Source: Octopus sinensis (Eukaryota). From it: DNA of 64,000 nt. The position numbers and the translations under genes were made by a program. The stretch is taken from contig NC_042997.1 of NCBI RefSeq assembly GCF_006345805.1, positions 160,084,001 to 160,148,000 on the forward strand, written 5' to 3'. Of the stretch, positions 51,091 to 64,000 are shown in pieces (the first letter of the stretch is position 1; each line of letters begins with the position of its first letter). Under the pieces are notes generated by a model. The model saw only the letters and a program-made list of their open reading frames with translations, made no database searches and was not told the DNA's origin.

Positions 51091-51588
51091 TAAAATTCAA
51101 ACATGGATTATTTCATTGAGACTATAATCATATTGTCAGTAATGTATCTGTAATAAGGCAACTCAATACTCTAACTCGACATGATACTATTGTTGTTATT
51201 AATATTAAAAAGTGTGTAGTCCGAAATATGTTCCATAATACGAAAAGATTGATTCAAAAGAAATTACATTCGATAAATTCTCTTTCTATTTATAACAACA
51301 CGATTTATAACAAAATATTTTCTTAGTTTCAAACAGAACAAAATCTAAAATAAATCATTACTTAAGTAATTTTTAACTGGCAAAGTCATTTTTTTGTAAC
51401 TCAATGACAATAAATGACAATATAAATGAAATCAATTGAGTGATTCGATATTTTCCACAAAAGTAGAGTGTAGAAATCAGAGAAACATTAAAAGAAAAAT
51501 AGAATTATATTTTTAAAATGGCAAGAAATTAAAATTTTGAGTGACAATGAATTGTTTTAGTTCATATTAGATATATCATGAGTACATT

Positions 51589-51751
<163 letters not shown>

Positions 51752-51769
51752 ATATATAATTATTATTTG

Positions 51770-52148
51770 AGGGAATATAATCCAAACTTACAAGGAAAAA
51801 AAATTCAATTTAGAAATATTAAATCAAATTTCACACAATATAATATATATATATATATAAAATTAGAAAAAAGCACATTTTATCAATTCAAAACGAGCAA
51901 TTAAATTACACCATCTAGAAAATTACATATAATAGAAAAGTTAAAATTAAAATAACAATAAAATGTAAAGATTAAGTAAATTGCAAAAATAATAATAAAA
52001 ACGTATATAATAGGTGGAAAAACGACACGTGTTTCGCGGCTATATTTAAGAAATGATTATAGTAGTAGGGAAATCACTTCGATATAAATATAGTCGCTCA
52101 TCAGGTTTAAAATAAAATAGAACAATAAAATAATTAATTGATAAATAT

Positions 52149-52215
<67 letters not shown>

Positions 52216-52330
52216 GATATGAAAATCCTAAATATACATAAGTGAAAAGTAGAATAATACTTAAATAATTAAATACTTTAAAATTGAATAAAATACACAA
52301 AGCTAGTTTAAGTCATTAAATTGTAATCAA
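51770..52330 (-). mobile_element. PLE 3'-terminal (pLTR) segment
   Basis: AT-rich, (TA)n-flanked and carries a hammerhead; lies downstream of the same-strand PLE ORF at 54850-56590. Confidence 0.55.
52020..52108 (-). ncRNA. Type I hammerhead ribozyme, intact canonical core, intronic
   Basis: aaac-CTGATGA-gcgactatattt..gaagtgatt/aatcatttc..aaatatagccgc-GAAA-cacgt-GTC-gttt; palindrome ACACGTGT; predicted cut between 52024 and 52023. Confidence 0.9.
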
Positions 52331-52487
52331 AATAAGAAATTTTTCAAATATAGGCAAACTCCTTAAATAAGCTAACCATATAATAAATATACATGTGTAG
52401 TATTTATAGATTTAATATAACAATCTATAACAAAGTTGACTAAATAACAAATAATATAATACAATACATAAGCCACCTATATATATA

Positions 52488-52717
52488 GAAGGCGGCGAGC
52501 TGGCAGAAACGTTAAGCACGCCGGGCGAAATGCGTTGCCGTATTTCGTCTGCCGTTACGTTCCGAGTTCAAATTCCGCCGAGGTCGACTTTGCCTTTCAT
52601 CCTTCCGGGGTCGATAAATTAAGTACCAGTTGCGCACTGGGGTCGATGTAATCGACTTAATCCGTTTGTCTGTCCTTGTTTGTCTCCTCTGTGTTTAGCC
52701 CCTTGTGGGTAGTAAAG

Positions 52718-52722
<5 letters not shown>
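52488..52722 (+). mobile_element. SINE family 1, full length, inserted in (TA)n
   Basis: gaaggcggcgagctggcagaaacg...gttcaaattccgccgaggtcgac...gtaaagaaata. Confidence 0.93.
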
Positions 52723-52764
<42 letters not shown>

Positions 52765-53642
52765 ATATATTAAAAGACAAAGAGAGAGATATATAATAAT
52801 TAATATCTATCGTAAGTAATATCTATCAATATATATTATAATGTATTAAAAAATATAATGGCGAGAATAATATGTTAATGGAAAGTAAGAAAACCTATCA
52901 ACCCAAAAGTAAAGAAAGGTGCAAAGATATTAGAACCAAAGAACAATACACTATGAAGATGTACAATTACAATCACCAGTCCTCTACCAAACCAGTCAAT
53001 AACAATAACAATAATAACAACGATCAAAGTCAAAATAATAGCAAGATCTAACTAATATTGATAAGCAAACTAAATTACTAAGTTCAACGATTCTGTTAAT
53101 CTATCTAGATTTTAAATGTATCAATATTATAAGCGTCTAATTAATATACTCAATATATTCCATTCATGAAAAATACAATCAAAAATTTGAAATGGTACAA
53201 ATATACTCAAATCAATTATATAGACTCGTTATATTAATATCCCAGTACAATATCTATAGATTTAATATATCACACGATACAAAAGTTATACATAAACTTT
53301 ATATTAAAATAAAAACTAGTTTATTTAAAAATAATACTATTATATGAAAATATTATCTAATTATTAAAATAAATATAGCCTAACAATATTAATTCTCAAA
53401 TTAAATAATATGTAAAACGTAATATCTTTTATAACAATTAAACATCGGACGTAAAAAATACTATCAAGAAACTATAAATAAATAATAATATTACAACAAA
53501 ACAATAATAATATCAACACTAATAATAATTTGAAACACACAACGGTTCAATATTCAAATGAAATAGAGAAATGATAAAAACTCAGACTTAGCTTAGCGAA
53601 GAATGAAGAGTAGCTGATTTTTAAAAGAAATAGTTAAAGCGT

Positions 53643-53835
53643 TTATAAATTTATCACGTGGATACATAGTGCAAAGAAATAGAATAAATACTCAATGAAC
53701 GTGGCAAAATTTTTATCAAAGGAAAATACGAAAAAAAAAACTCTTATAAAATTTATCGCTTGGAGACTTAGTGCAAAGAAATACAATAAATTCTCAATGA
53801 ACGTGGCAAAATTTTATCAATGAAAAATACGAAAA
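53643..53835. repeat. Tandem duplication, 102-bp unit x ~1.9
   Basis: tagtgcaaagaaata recurs at 53667 and 53769. Confidence 0.9.
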
Positions 53836-54849
53836 GACGAAAAACGTTAAAGCCTCATGAAGTAAAAAAAATTGAGAAAGACACAACTTATGGAGAAACT
53901 AATATGAAGACACCCAAATAGAAATAACAGACACCTATTAATATATCAATAACAAAATTAATCCCAGCTAAACATTAACCCCCCTTCCCCCCCAAAAAAA
54001 ATACAAATCCAAACGAAAAGGAGAAAATAACGTTGCTAAGTTATATGAGAAAATCACTTGATTATAAACGTAAAGATTATTACTTAGCGTCTATAAGAAA
54101 TAAAACTCGTCGAGACGTTGCATGGAAAAATAGAAAAAAATTATTAATGAATAAGGCTAAAAGAAATTTATTAATGAAATACGGGAATTATCTAAACTTC
54201 ATGAATCAAATAAAATTAATAAAATAGTAATAGTAAAAATAGTATATTAAGTATTACTTGTTCATCATCACTACCCGGATGCTACAACAAGCCATGCGCG
54301 ATTATAAGTATTATTATCATTAATATTACAATGATCAAACATAATTATTAATATTATTAATATCATTATTAATTATTACCATCACTACCAACATCCAATC
54401 TACAACAAACTACCAACTAACGTCAAATTAATTCACAGCCGTCTATCCCCATACCATTTAACCCTTCCTATAGACTCCAACAGATGAAGCCCAAAACTCA
54501 TCTCAAACTCACCATCAACAAATATTATTCATCATTATTATTAAGATATTAATATGATTTGTAATAAAACAGTAAAAAATACTCTAATACAATTAAATAA
54601 TATCTACAATAAAATAAATATGCCATATAGGACAAGATAAAGTTTAATAATACTAAAGATAAGTTAAATGTAATATATAAGTACATAAAATAAAATATCA
54701 TGTAATTTAAATAGCTATTTACTATAAATTTAAAGTCTGAATAATACGTAATCAAATAAAATACATATATATTATTTTGAAAATAATTTATATTACTATG
54801 ATATTTATTTAAAAATAATATAATTATTTATTTATCATTTAAATCTATT

Positions 54850-56590
<1,741 letters not shown>

Positions 56591-56852
56591 TCTAGACGCT
56601 GTAATTTAGTCGTTCCTTTTGAATTGATAAAAGGTGTTTTTTTTCTAATTTTATATATATATATATATATGTATGTTTGTTTGTGCGTATGTGTGTGATT
56701 CGTGTGTATGTGATTCGTGTGTGTGTTGCGCGTGTATGTGCGTGAGATTGAGAGAGAGAAAGACAGACAGACAGAGAATGAGAGATAGAGAAAGAGAGAT
56801 AGCGTGTTGTGTGTGAATGAATATGTGTATAAAATAGTAAAATGCTACTCAC

Positions 56853-57032
56853 AATTTAATACTACTGATTTTAGATAGTTCATTACTTCTGAATTTTTAA
56901 TATGAATAAGTCGTCCTCGATCCTTATTGCAATTGTCTGCAGCTTCATTCCATGAAATTGTCGTGGAGCCTATTTGATAACACAATCTCAATTCTGGTTG
57001 GTAAGTGTAGCCGTCTGACGTCGGACATTCAG
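56853..57032 (-). CDS. C-type lectin domain protein, internal exon (N-terminal half of CTLD)
   Basis: 180 nt, phase 1-1; acceptor tttcttttgtcttcctcaag|, donor |gtgagt. Reads ECPTSDGYTYQPELRLCYQIGSTTISWNEAADNCNKDRGRLIHIKNSEVMNYLKSVVLN and joins the 49945 exon in frame. Too short for the ORF track. Confidence 0.92.
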
Positions 57033-57559
57033 CTTGAGGAAGACAAAAGAAATATGTAAGTTAAAAAGTTTGCTTCGCTAAGCTTTAATGATGCAGTATT
57101 ATAGCTTTGATGTCTTGAATAATTTCTAACTATAGCTGATTGATATAATTCCAGTAAAGGAATAATCATTTAAAAACTTCAACCTCCCACTAATCACATT
57201 GATTGAGAGATTCTTAACAAATAGTTCGTCGTTGCATACAAGACGACTGGATTTTAAGGAATTTTTAACTGTTGACTGAAGTGTTTCACAAGGGTTAATT
57301 CATCTCCATTCCTAGCCTTTCTAACTGCAATAGCAATGTCATCTAAGTCACTTAGATCCAATAACTCAAATGCAGATAAAACTGTTTTGAATTCCACCCT
57401 TCTTTTAAATATATATGCAAAATATATTCCGCCAGTTATTAATATAACTCACGAAGTGTTGTAACAACAGTATCTCTATTCAATCATTCAAATTTCTAGA
57501 TATAATATAGCAGCTATATTTCCCACAAATCACACTATACATTATCATAAACAATGGAG

Positions 57560-58020
57560 GGTAATTTCATAACGGCTGGTCTGATAACAGTGAAACGTCA
57601 AAAACTGGTGGTTATATCTTTGAGCTGGTATCAGCTTTTATTATGAGAAAGCGGGATGGGGAAGAATGAGCAGAGCTTCGGAAAAATCATTTTGTAATTT
57701 TTTTTACAATTCTTTAATTACTGAATTAAGATTCCACACAATGTCATTATGTTCGCTTGCCTTGTGTATTTTCATTAGAGTGGATATCACGGAAACTGAT
57801 AAATGTGTGAATATGAAGACCTAATGAAGACCAGAGAGATGAAGTGATTGTAGAACTAAGAGATGATAATTGTTCCTTTGGAAATTGATGCATTGGACAC
57901 AACATTCAAACAACTAATTAACACAGAGAAAGATATAGGAATTTAGACACAGTGCGATCAACAGAAACATGTATTCTAAAAGAATACTTCGAGAGTCTTG
58001 AATTTTGATAAAACTTATGA
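57560..58020 (+). mobile_element. Old R4/Dong-clade endonuclease C-terminus
   Basis: EYEDL...MIIVPLEIDALDT resembles KYxDL...IPIVIGALGT. Confidence 0.55.
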
Positions 58021-58060
58021 AAATATCCCTGCTAATTAAATTAGCAAATAATAGCGTTTG

Positions 58061-58078
58061 AATAATAATAATAATAAC

Positions 58079-58133
<55 letters not shown>

Positions 58134-58260
58134 GTGATGATGATGAGGAGGAGGAGGAGGTGAAGGAAATGACGATGACGACGACAACAGCAACAACGAC
58201 GACAACAAGAACAACAACAAACAACAACCACAACAACAACAACAATAATAATAATAATAT
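58061..58260. repeat. (AAT/GAT/GAG/AAC)n mosaic microsatellite
   Basis: Read directly. Confidence 0.97.
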
Positions 58261-58758
58261 TAAATGCCCAGATGCAGTACCAATCAGTTGCTCTTATGGC
58301 TTCTGATCTTAACGTGTTGGAAGTGTTATAATGTACATCGATTTGTCTTGGTATAAAAGATGGTTAGCAGCAAAACGGATCATGATAAAACGAGTGCAAG
58401 AAAAGCCCGTTCATGGCAAATACTGGGTTAACCTAAACGGAAAATGAATAGACAAAGCAAAATCCCAGCAATTGCTGAGAAGCCCAGGACTCAAAGCAGC
58501 GACTGAAGGATTTTTAATTGCAACACAAGACCAAAGCCTTCTCGCCAGAAATTACCAAAAACATATAAGGAAAAGAGAGAGAATATCTAGAGATGGACAA
58601 GAAACAATAAATCATATTGTCTCTGGCTGCCCAGTCCTGGCTAAGAAGGAATATATTCACAGACACGACAGAGACCTACATACACTGGAAGCTATGCCAA
58701 CACTATGGAATAGTTACCCACCCTCTCTACGATGTAGTGCAGAAGACGGAGGTTATCG

Positions 58759-58760
<2 letters not shown>
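58261..58760 (+). mobile_element. Family X terminus (58261-58375) fused to an R4/Dong subfamily B fragment
   Basis: 58331-58373 matches 2553-2594; then QEKPVHGKYW...LRSPGLKAATEGFLIA...ETINHIVSGC...HWKLC. Confidence 0.8.
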
Positions 58761-58822
<62 letters not shown>

Positions 58823-58827
58823 TAATG

Positions 58828-58867
<40 letters not shown>

Positions 58868-58887
58868 TAATGATAATAATGATGATG

Positions 58888-58921
<34 letters not shown>

Positions 58922-58932
58922 TAATAATGATA

Positions 58933-58985
<53 letters not shown>

Positions 58986-58998
58986 GATGATGATGATG

Positions 58999-59060
<62 letters not shown>
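58761..59060. repeat. (AAT/GAT)n microsatellite
   Basis: Read directly. Confidence 0.98.
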
Positions 59061-59061
<1 letters not shown>

Positions 59062-59926
59062 GCAACGAACCATGATAAAACGATGGCAAGAAAAGCCCCT
59101 TCATGGTAAATACTGGACTAAGCTAAACGCAAAAGAAATAGACAAAGAAAAATCCCACCAATGGTTGAGAAGCTCAGGACTCAAAGCAGAAACAGAGGGA
59201 TTTTTAATTGCAGCACAAGACCAAAGCCTCCCCACCAGAAATTACCAAAAACATGTAATGAAAAGAAATATAACAAGTAACTGCAGAATATGACAAGAAA
59301 CAATTGACAAGAAACAATAAATCATATTATCTCTAGCTACCCAGTCCAACATGACAGAGTTGGAACCTACATACATTGGAAGCTATGCCAACATTATGGA
59401 ATAACAACAGAAAAAAGATGGTATAGGCACACACCAGAAAAGGTCACAGAAAACGAGAAAGCAACCATACTCTGGGATATGTCGATACACACAGATAGAG
59501 AAATTAAGGCCAACAGGCCAGATATAGTTGTCAGAGATCATGAAGAAAAAAAATGCTTTCTAATTGATGTATCAATACCGGCTGATGACAACGTGTCTCT
59601 AAAAGAAATGGAGAAACTCTCAAAATACAAAGATCTGGAAATAGAGGTAACCAGAATGTGGAATCTGAAAACGGAAACAATTCCTATCATAGTAGGTGCA
59701 TTAGGCATGATAAAAAATATTCAGACAAATGCATAACAAAAACCCCAGGACTTACAAACACATATAACACAGAAAATTGCACTACTAGGCACTGCACACA
59801 TCCTACGCAGAACACTTTCCATACAATAACCATCAGAGCATCACAACAAATTACAGTACATACCCAAGGCACACAGAGCTGCGCTCGGTAGTGAAGTGAC
59901 AGCACGCTATAAAAATAAAACTACTG
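59061..59926 (+). mobile_element. R4/Dong subfamily B 3' fragment with complete 3' UTR
   Basis: WQEKPLHGKYW, ILWDMSIHTDREIKANRPDIVV...LIDVSIP...KYKDL...IPIIVGALG; ends aaaactactga(ATA)n. Confidence 0.93.
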
Positions 59927-59928
59927 AA

Positions 59929-60017
<89 letters not shown>

Positions 60018-60062
60018 GTGATGATGGTGATGATGGTGATGATGATGATGATGCTATGATGT

Positions 60063-60142
<80 letters not shown>

Positions 60143-60158
60143 TGATGATGATGATGTC

Positions 60159-60203
<45 letters not shown>

Positions 60204-60234
60204 AATGATGATAATGATAATAATAATAATTATA

Positions 60235-60291
<57 letters not shown>
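59927..60291. repeat. (AAT/GAT)n microsatellite
   Basis: Read directly. Confidence 0.98.
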
Positions 60292-60851
60292 GGAAAGGAT
60301 CAGAAGCGAATGTTATCGCAGAGTAAGAGCAATACTCAAGACAGAGCTCAATGCAAGAAACAGTATCGAAGCGATCAATGCTTTAGCCATACCAGTCGTG
60401 ACTTACAGTTTCAATACCGTTAACTGGTCAATTACTGAAATATGTAACCGTGACAGAAAAATACGAAAACTGTTGACAATGCATAGAATGCACCACCCTA
60501 AGGCAGATATAAATCGACTTTATCTACCAAGAAAAGAGGGAGGCTGTGGGCTTTTACAACTGGCAATAACAATGAAGGTTGCTACAATTGGCCTAGACAC
60601 CTACCTGAAAAGCTCTGAGGACTGGATTTTAAAACTTGTCTCAAAACATGAAAACAGGAAAGCATCATACTCAGTAACAAAACAGGCAAAGGAATATCTA
60701 AGTGAATTCCGAATACAACAAATACAACAAATTCTGGAATTAGACACACAAGAAACAAGCACAGAAAAAGCTAGGCGCATGAAAATCCTGAATGATAAAT
60801 GGCAAGAAAAACCTCTCAATGGCAAATATCCAAAGAGAGTGAATAATGCGC
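60292..60851 (+). mobile_element. R4/Dong subfamily A thumb-region fragment
   Basis: RAILKTELNARN...IPVVTYSF...MHHPKADINRLYLPRKEGGCGL...KASYSVTK, as at 15500-15590. Confidence 0.9.
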
Positions 60852-61338
60852 CACTGCTCCTAAATTTGTTTCCACCCGTTCTTTTTTGCAGTATGTGTGA
60901 TCCATTTTGCTTGTTTGGTAGCGGTGGTTCCAAGTTCTTCACCCAATTCAGGATTAATTTGAATTTGAAAATTTGCAAGCTTCGACAATAGAATGTGACT
61001 TTTTTGCTGCTTTCGTATACGCACGCTATCCGCAGTATCCAGTCCTCTATACTTGGTAAGTACTTGTTCATTGCTGTTGTGGAGGACTTATAGCACAGTT
61101 CTACATGCATCATTTCTCTTCCCCCATTTCTTCTAGGTAGGGACAGACGATCAGCGTCTGCTTCCAGGTGGCGCATATTCTTAGATGTTTGGAGTTTCCT
61201 TTTCTTACTGTCCAGTCGTTGGTGTTCTGTAACATTCCAGTTAATGATGCTAAAATTGCACTGGACTACTGGAAGTGCCAGGATGTTATTGGCTTCAATG
61301 GAAGTTTTGGAGTTGAGCTGAGTTTTTAGTATGAGTTT
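60852..61338 (-). mobile_element. R4/Dong thumb-region fragment, diverged, convergent with the previous one
   Basis: LILKTQLNSKTSIEANNILALPVV...ADADRLSLPRRNGGR. Confidence 0.85.
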
Positions 61339-61367
61339 TGTTGTTGTTGTTATTATTATTATTATTA

Positions 61368-61410
<43 letters not shown>

Positions 61411-61417
61411 CATTATT

Positions 61418-62205
61418 TGTTTGACTTTTGCTTTATATTTGTACAAGTTGGCTCCAAGAGACCTCAAGAGACAACAGTTTGGAAGTTAATGTTGTTATGC
61501 CTAGTGTGCCATATATTTGTTTTGTTTATTTTTTTTGTTTTTTGATGTTGTACTAGTGAATGTCTAAAAAAAAACGAAAATTATGTTTGTTTTGAACCCT
61601 GAGGTTACATAGAAAGTATTTTGCGTAGGATATGAGCAGTACTCATGAGCACTATCATTTGAATTTCTCCCATTTTGGGGTTTCCTGGTATCTGAGTTAG
61701 GTAGCAATCAGCCCCTTTCGCTATCATTCCCAGGGCACCTATGACAACAGGTATTGTTTTAGTTTTCAGTAGGTCTTGACAGATACGTTTATATCGATTG
61801 GGACAGTCATAATAATGAGGAGGCATGTTCTTTGTCTGAAGTCTTTCAATATGATGTCTGACCTATTTGCATCTATATTTCTGTCAGTTTGAATGGTGAA
61901 GTTCCAGAGGAGTGAGATGTTTTTATCATGGGGTAGGTCCAGATTTTTACAGATTAGCCATTGAATATATCGTACTGCTCTATCATGCCTATTGAGATAC
62001 TCTGTAGGCGCATATAGACACAACGTGATCAATGGTTTCGATTTGTTGCTTTCATCAATAGTTTTATGTTGTTGCTTTGAGAAATGGATTCACTTTGTTG
62101 TTTTGATCAATGGCCTCATTTTGTTTTTTGATCAATGGTTTCACTATGTTTTTTCGATAACTGGATTTATTTTGTTGCCTTGATCAATGGTTTCATTTTG
62201 TTGTG

Positions 62206-62206
<1 letters not shown>
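61418..62206 (-). mobile_element. R4/Dong subfamily A 3' fragment with internal deletions
   Basis: Colinear with 14420-15210, including the 3' UTR; (ATT)n on both sides. Confidence 0.92.
62027..62206. repeat. 26-bp minisatellite, 7 diverged units
   Basis: Units start at 62027, 62053, 62079, 62105, 62130, 62156 and 62182; consensus gatcaatggtttcattttgttgcttt. Confidence 0.88.
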
Positions 62207-62265
<59 letters not shown>

Positions 62266-62268
<3 letters not shown>

Positions 62269-62749
62269 TATTTTTATTTTTATAACGTGCTTTCATTTCA
62301 CTACCGAGCGCAGCTCAATGTGCCTTGGGTATGTGCAATGGTTTGCTGTGATGCTCTTATGGTTAATGTATTGAAAGTGTTTGGCGTAGGATGTGTGCAG
62401 TGCCCAGTAGTGCAATGTTCTGTACGTTATATATATTTGTATGTCCTGGTGTTTTTGTTATGTATTTGTCTGAATATTTTTTTATCGTACCTAATGCGCC
62501 CACTATGATAGGAATTGTTTCTGTTTTTAGATTTCACATTCGAGTTACTTCTATTTCCAGATTTTTGCATTTTGAAAGTTTCTCCCTTTCTTTTAGAGAA
62601 ACGTTGTAATCTACTGATATTGGTACATCAATTAGAAAGCATTTTTTCCTTCATGATCTCTGACATCTATATCTGGCCTATTGGCCTTAATTTCTCTAAC
62701 TGTGTGTATTGGCATATCCCAGAGTATGGTTGCTTTCTCGTTTGCTGTG

Positions 62750-62750
<1 letters not shown>
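62266..62750 (-). mobile_element. R4/Dong subfamily B 3' fragment
   Basis: Inverted homologue of 59450-59926; ILWDMPIHTVREIKANRPDI. Confidence 0.9.
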
Positions 62751-62821
<71 letters not shown>

Positions 62822-62889
62822 GCTGCTGCTACTACTACTACTACCACTACTACTACTACTACCAATACTACCACTACTACTACTACTAC

Positions 62890-62934
<45 letters not shown>
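62751..62934. repeat. (ACT/ATT)n microsatellite
   Basis: Read directly. Confidence 0.97.
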
Positions 62935-62935
<1 letters not shown>

Positions 62936-63049
62936 GACGTCGTACAGTATACAATATCATGAGGCTGTTGATTGAAGATATTTTATCTACCAGGGGTTTC
63001 TACTGCTTGTCAAGTCACAACAAATACCCAAGACAGACAGTACTTTACG

Positions 63050-64000
63050 CAATATGCGTGCAATTCTAAGTAATGTCGAATTTAATCTCCGGTTGTGTCT
63101 TTCTCCGGATGAGTGCACTTTAGCGGACTACAGCAACAGTCCTATGTTGATGGCAATCATAAGGTTCCTTGAGTTAAGGTTTGATTTCAAGAGAAGTTTC
63201 AGGCGCTTGAAATATGCAGTGATGACTTTGTCTTTGATTTCCCTGTGCAAGATACTGTCCAGCGCCACGCTCCCAAGGTACTTCTACCCATCATCATCCG
63301 GGTCTTCCATTCTCTTTCCGTTTGGTAATTCTATGCCCCTACAATTTAATCATTTACCCCGCTTCAAAGTAAGCACTGCACATTTCGAGATACCGAATTC
63401 CATGCCTATATCGTTGCTGCACATCTGTGTAGTCTCAATCAGCCTCTCAATTTCAGGCTCTGTTTTTGCGAACAATTTTAAATCATCCGTGAAGTGAAGG
63501 TGGTTGAGACGAGGTGCGTTCTTGCTCAGGTCAGTCATAGTGCACGTTGATTTTACATAGGACTACAGAAAATGGGATCATGGCTATAACAAATAACTGA
63601 GGTGAACAAGAGTGTTCTTGGAAGATATCTCTTTTGATTGTTACCGCGGCTAAGTGCTGGTGGTTACAGGAAAGACGCGTTTACCAACTAGGCATGCTGT
63701 TTTTAATAAGCACACAAACGTTCTCAACTATTCCACACATATCGAGTGTTTACAAAATCTATGAATGCATCAACATGTCGTAGGCCATTTTGAAGTCTAT
63801 CCAGGCCATACACAAGTATTTTTTTGTACCTTTTACACTTCTTCATTATAACCTTGCCTATCAGAAGGTGGTCCTTGGTGCCTTTGGATCCTTTTCGGCA
63901 TCCCTCTTCTTTTACTGACAGAAGATTGTTTTCAGCAAGGAACGTATATATTCTTCTTGTGCGGGTACTTGTTAATACTTTCCATAGGAGATTTTTCTCC
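63050..64000 (-). mobile_element. R4/Dong-clade RT core remnant
   Basis: GCRKGSKGTKDHLLI, DFKMAYD, IFQ...LFVIAMIP and HLHFTDDLKLFAK...GMEFGISKC. Confidence 0.88.

Noticed and set aside
57453-57495. Extra lectin exon ending at a gtgagt donor (57452)
   Set aside because: The frame required by the phase-1 junction contains stops and no ATG.

Overview
AT-rich, repeat-dominated eukaryotic DNA, most likely an octopus or other cephalopod. This is an inference from the tRNA-derived SINE families, the microsatellite load and the retroelement spectrum. Most ORF-track entries are microsatellite artefacts or antisense readings of dead transposons. One host gene is supported: a C-type lectin on the minus strand with two GT-AG exons (57032-56853 and 49945-49707) that splice in phase into a complete long-form CTLD. 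Its 5' part probably lies beyond the window. The remainder is R4/Dong-clade LINE fragments tied to (TAA)n arrays (a dense stack at 57.5-64 kb), L1/Tx1-like remnants, at least five Penelope-like elements (PLEs), three SINE families, a non-autonomous Helitron, MITEs and DNA-transposase relics. The strongest unexpected signal is a set of PLE-derived type I hammerhead ribozyme motifs with different palindromic stem III sequences. One carries a U3-A8 core variant. Two intact ones sit on the lectin's sense strand and bracket its terminal exon. Also notable: a 2A-like (ExNPGP) peptide heading a PLE ORF, a 30-bp-arm palindrome in the predicted lectin 3' UTR, and a 26-bp minisatellite derived from LINE coding sequence. 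All alignments and folds were done by eye. No database searches were run.
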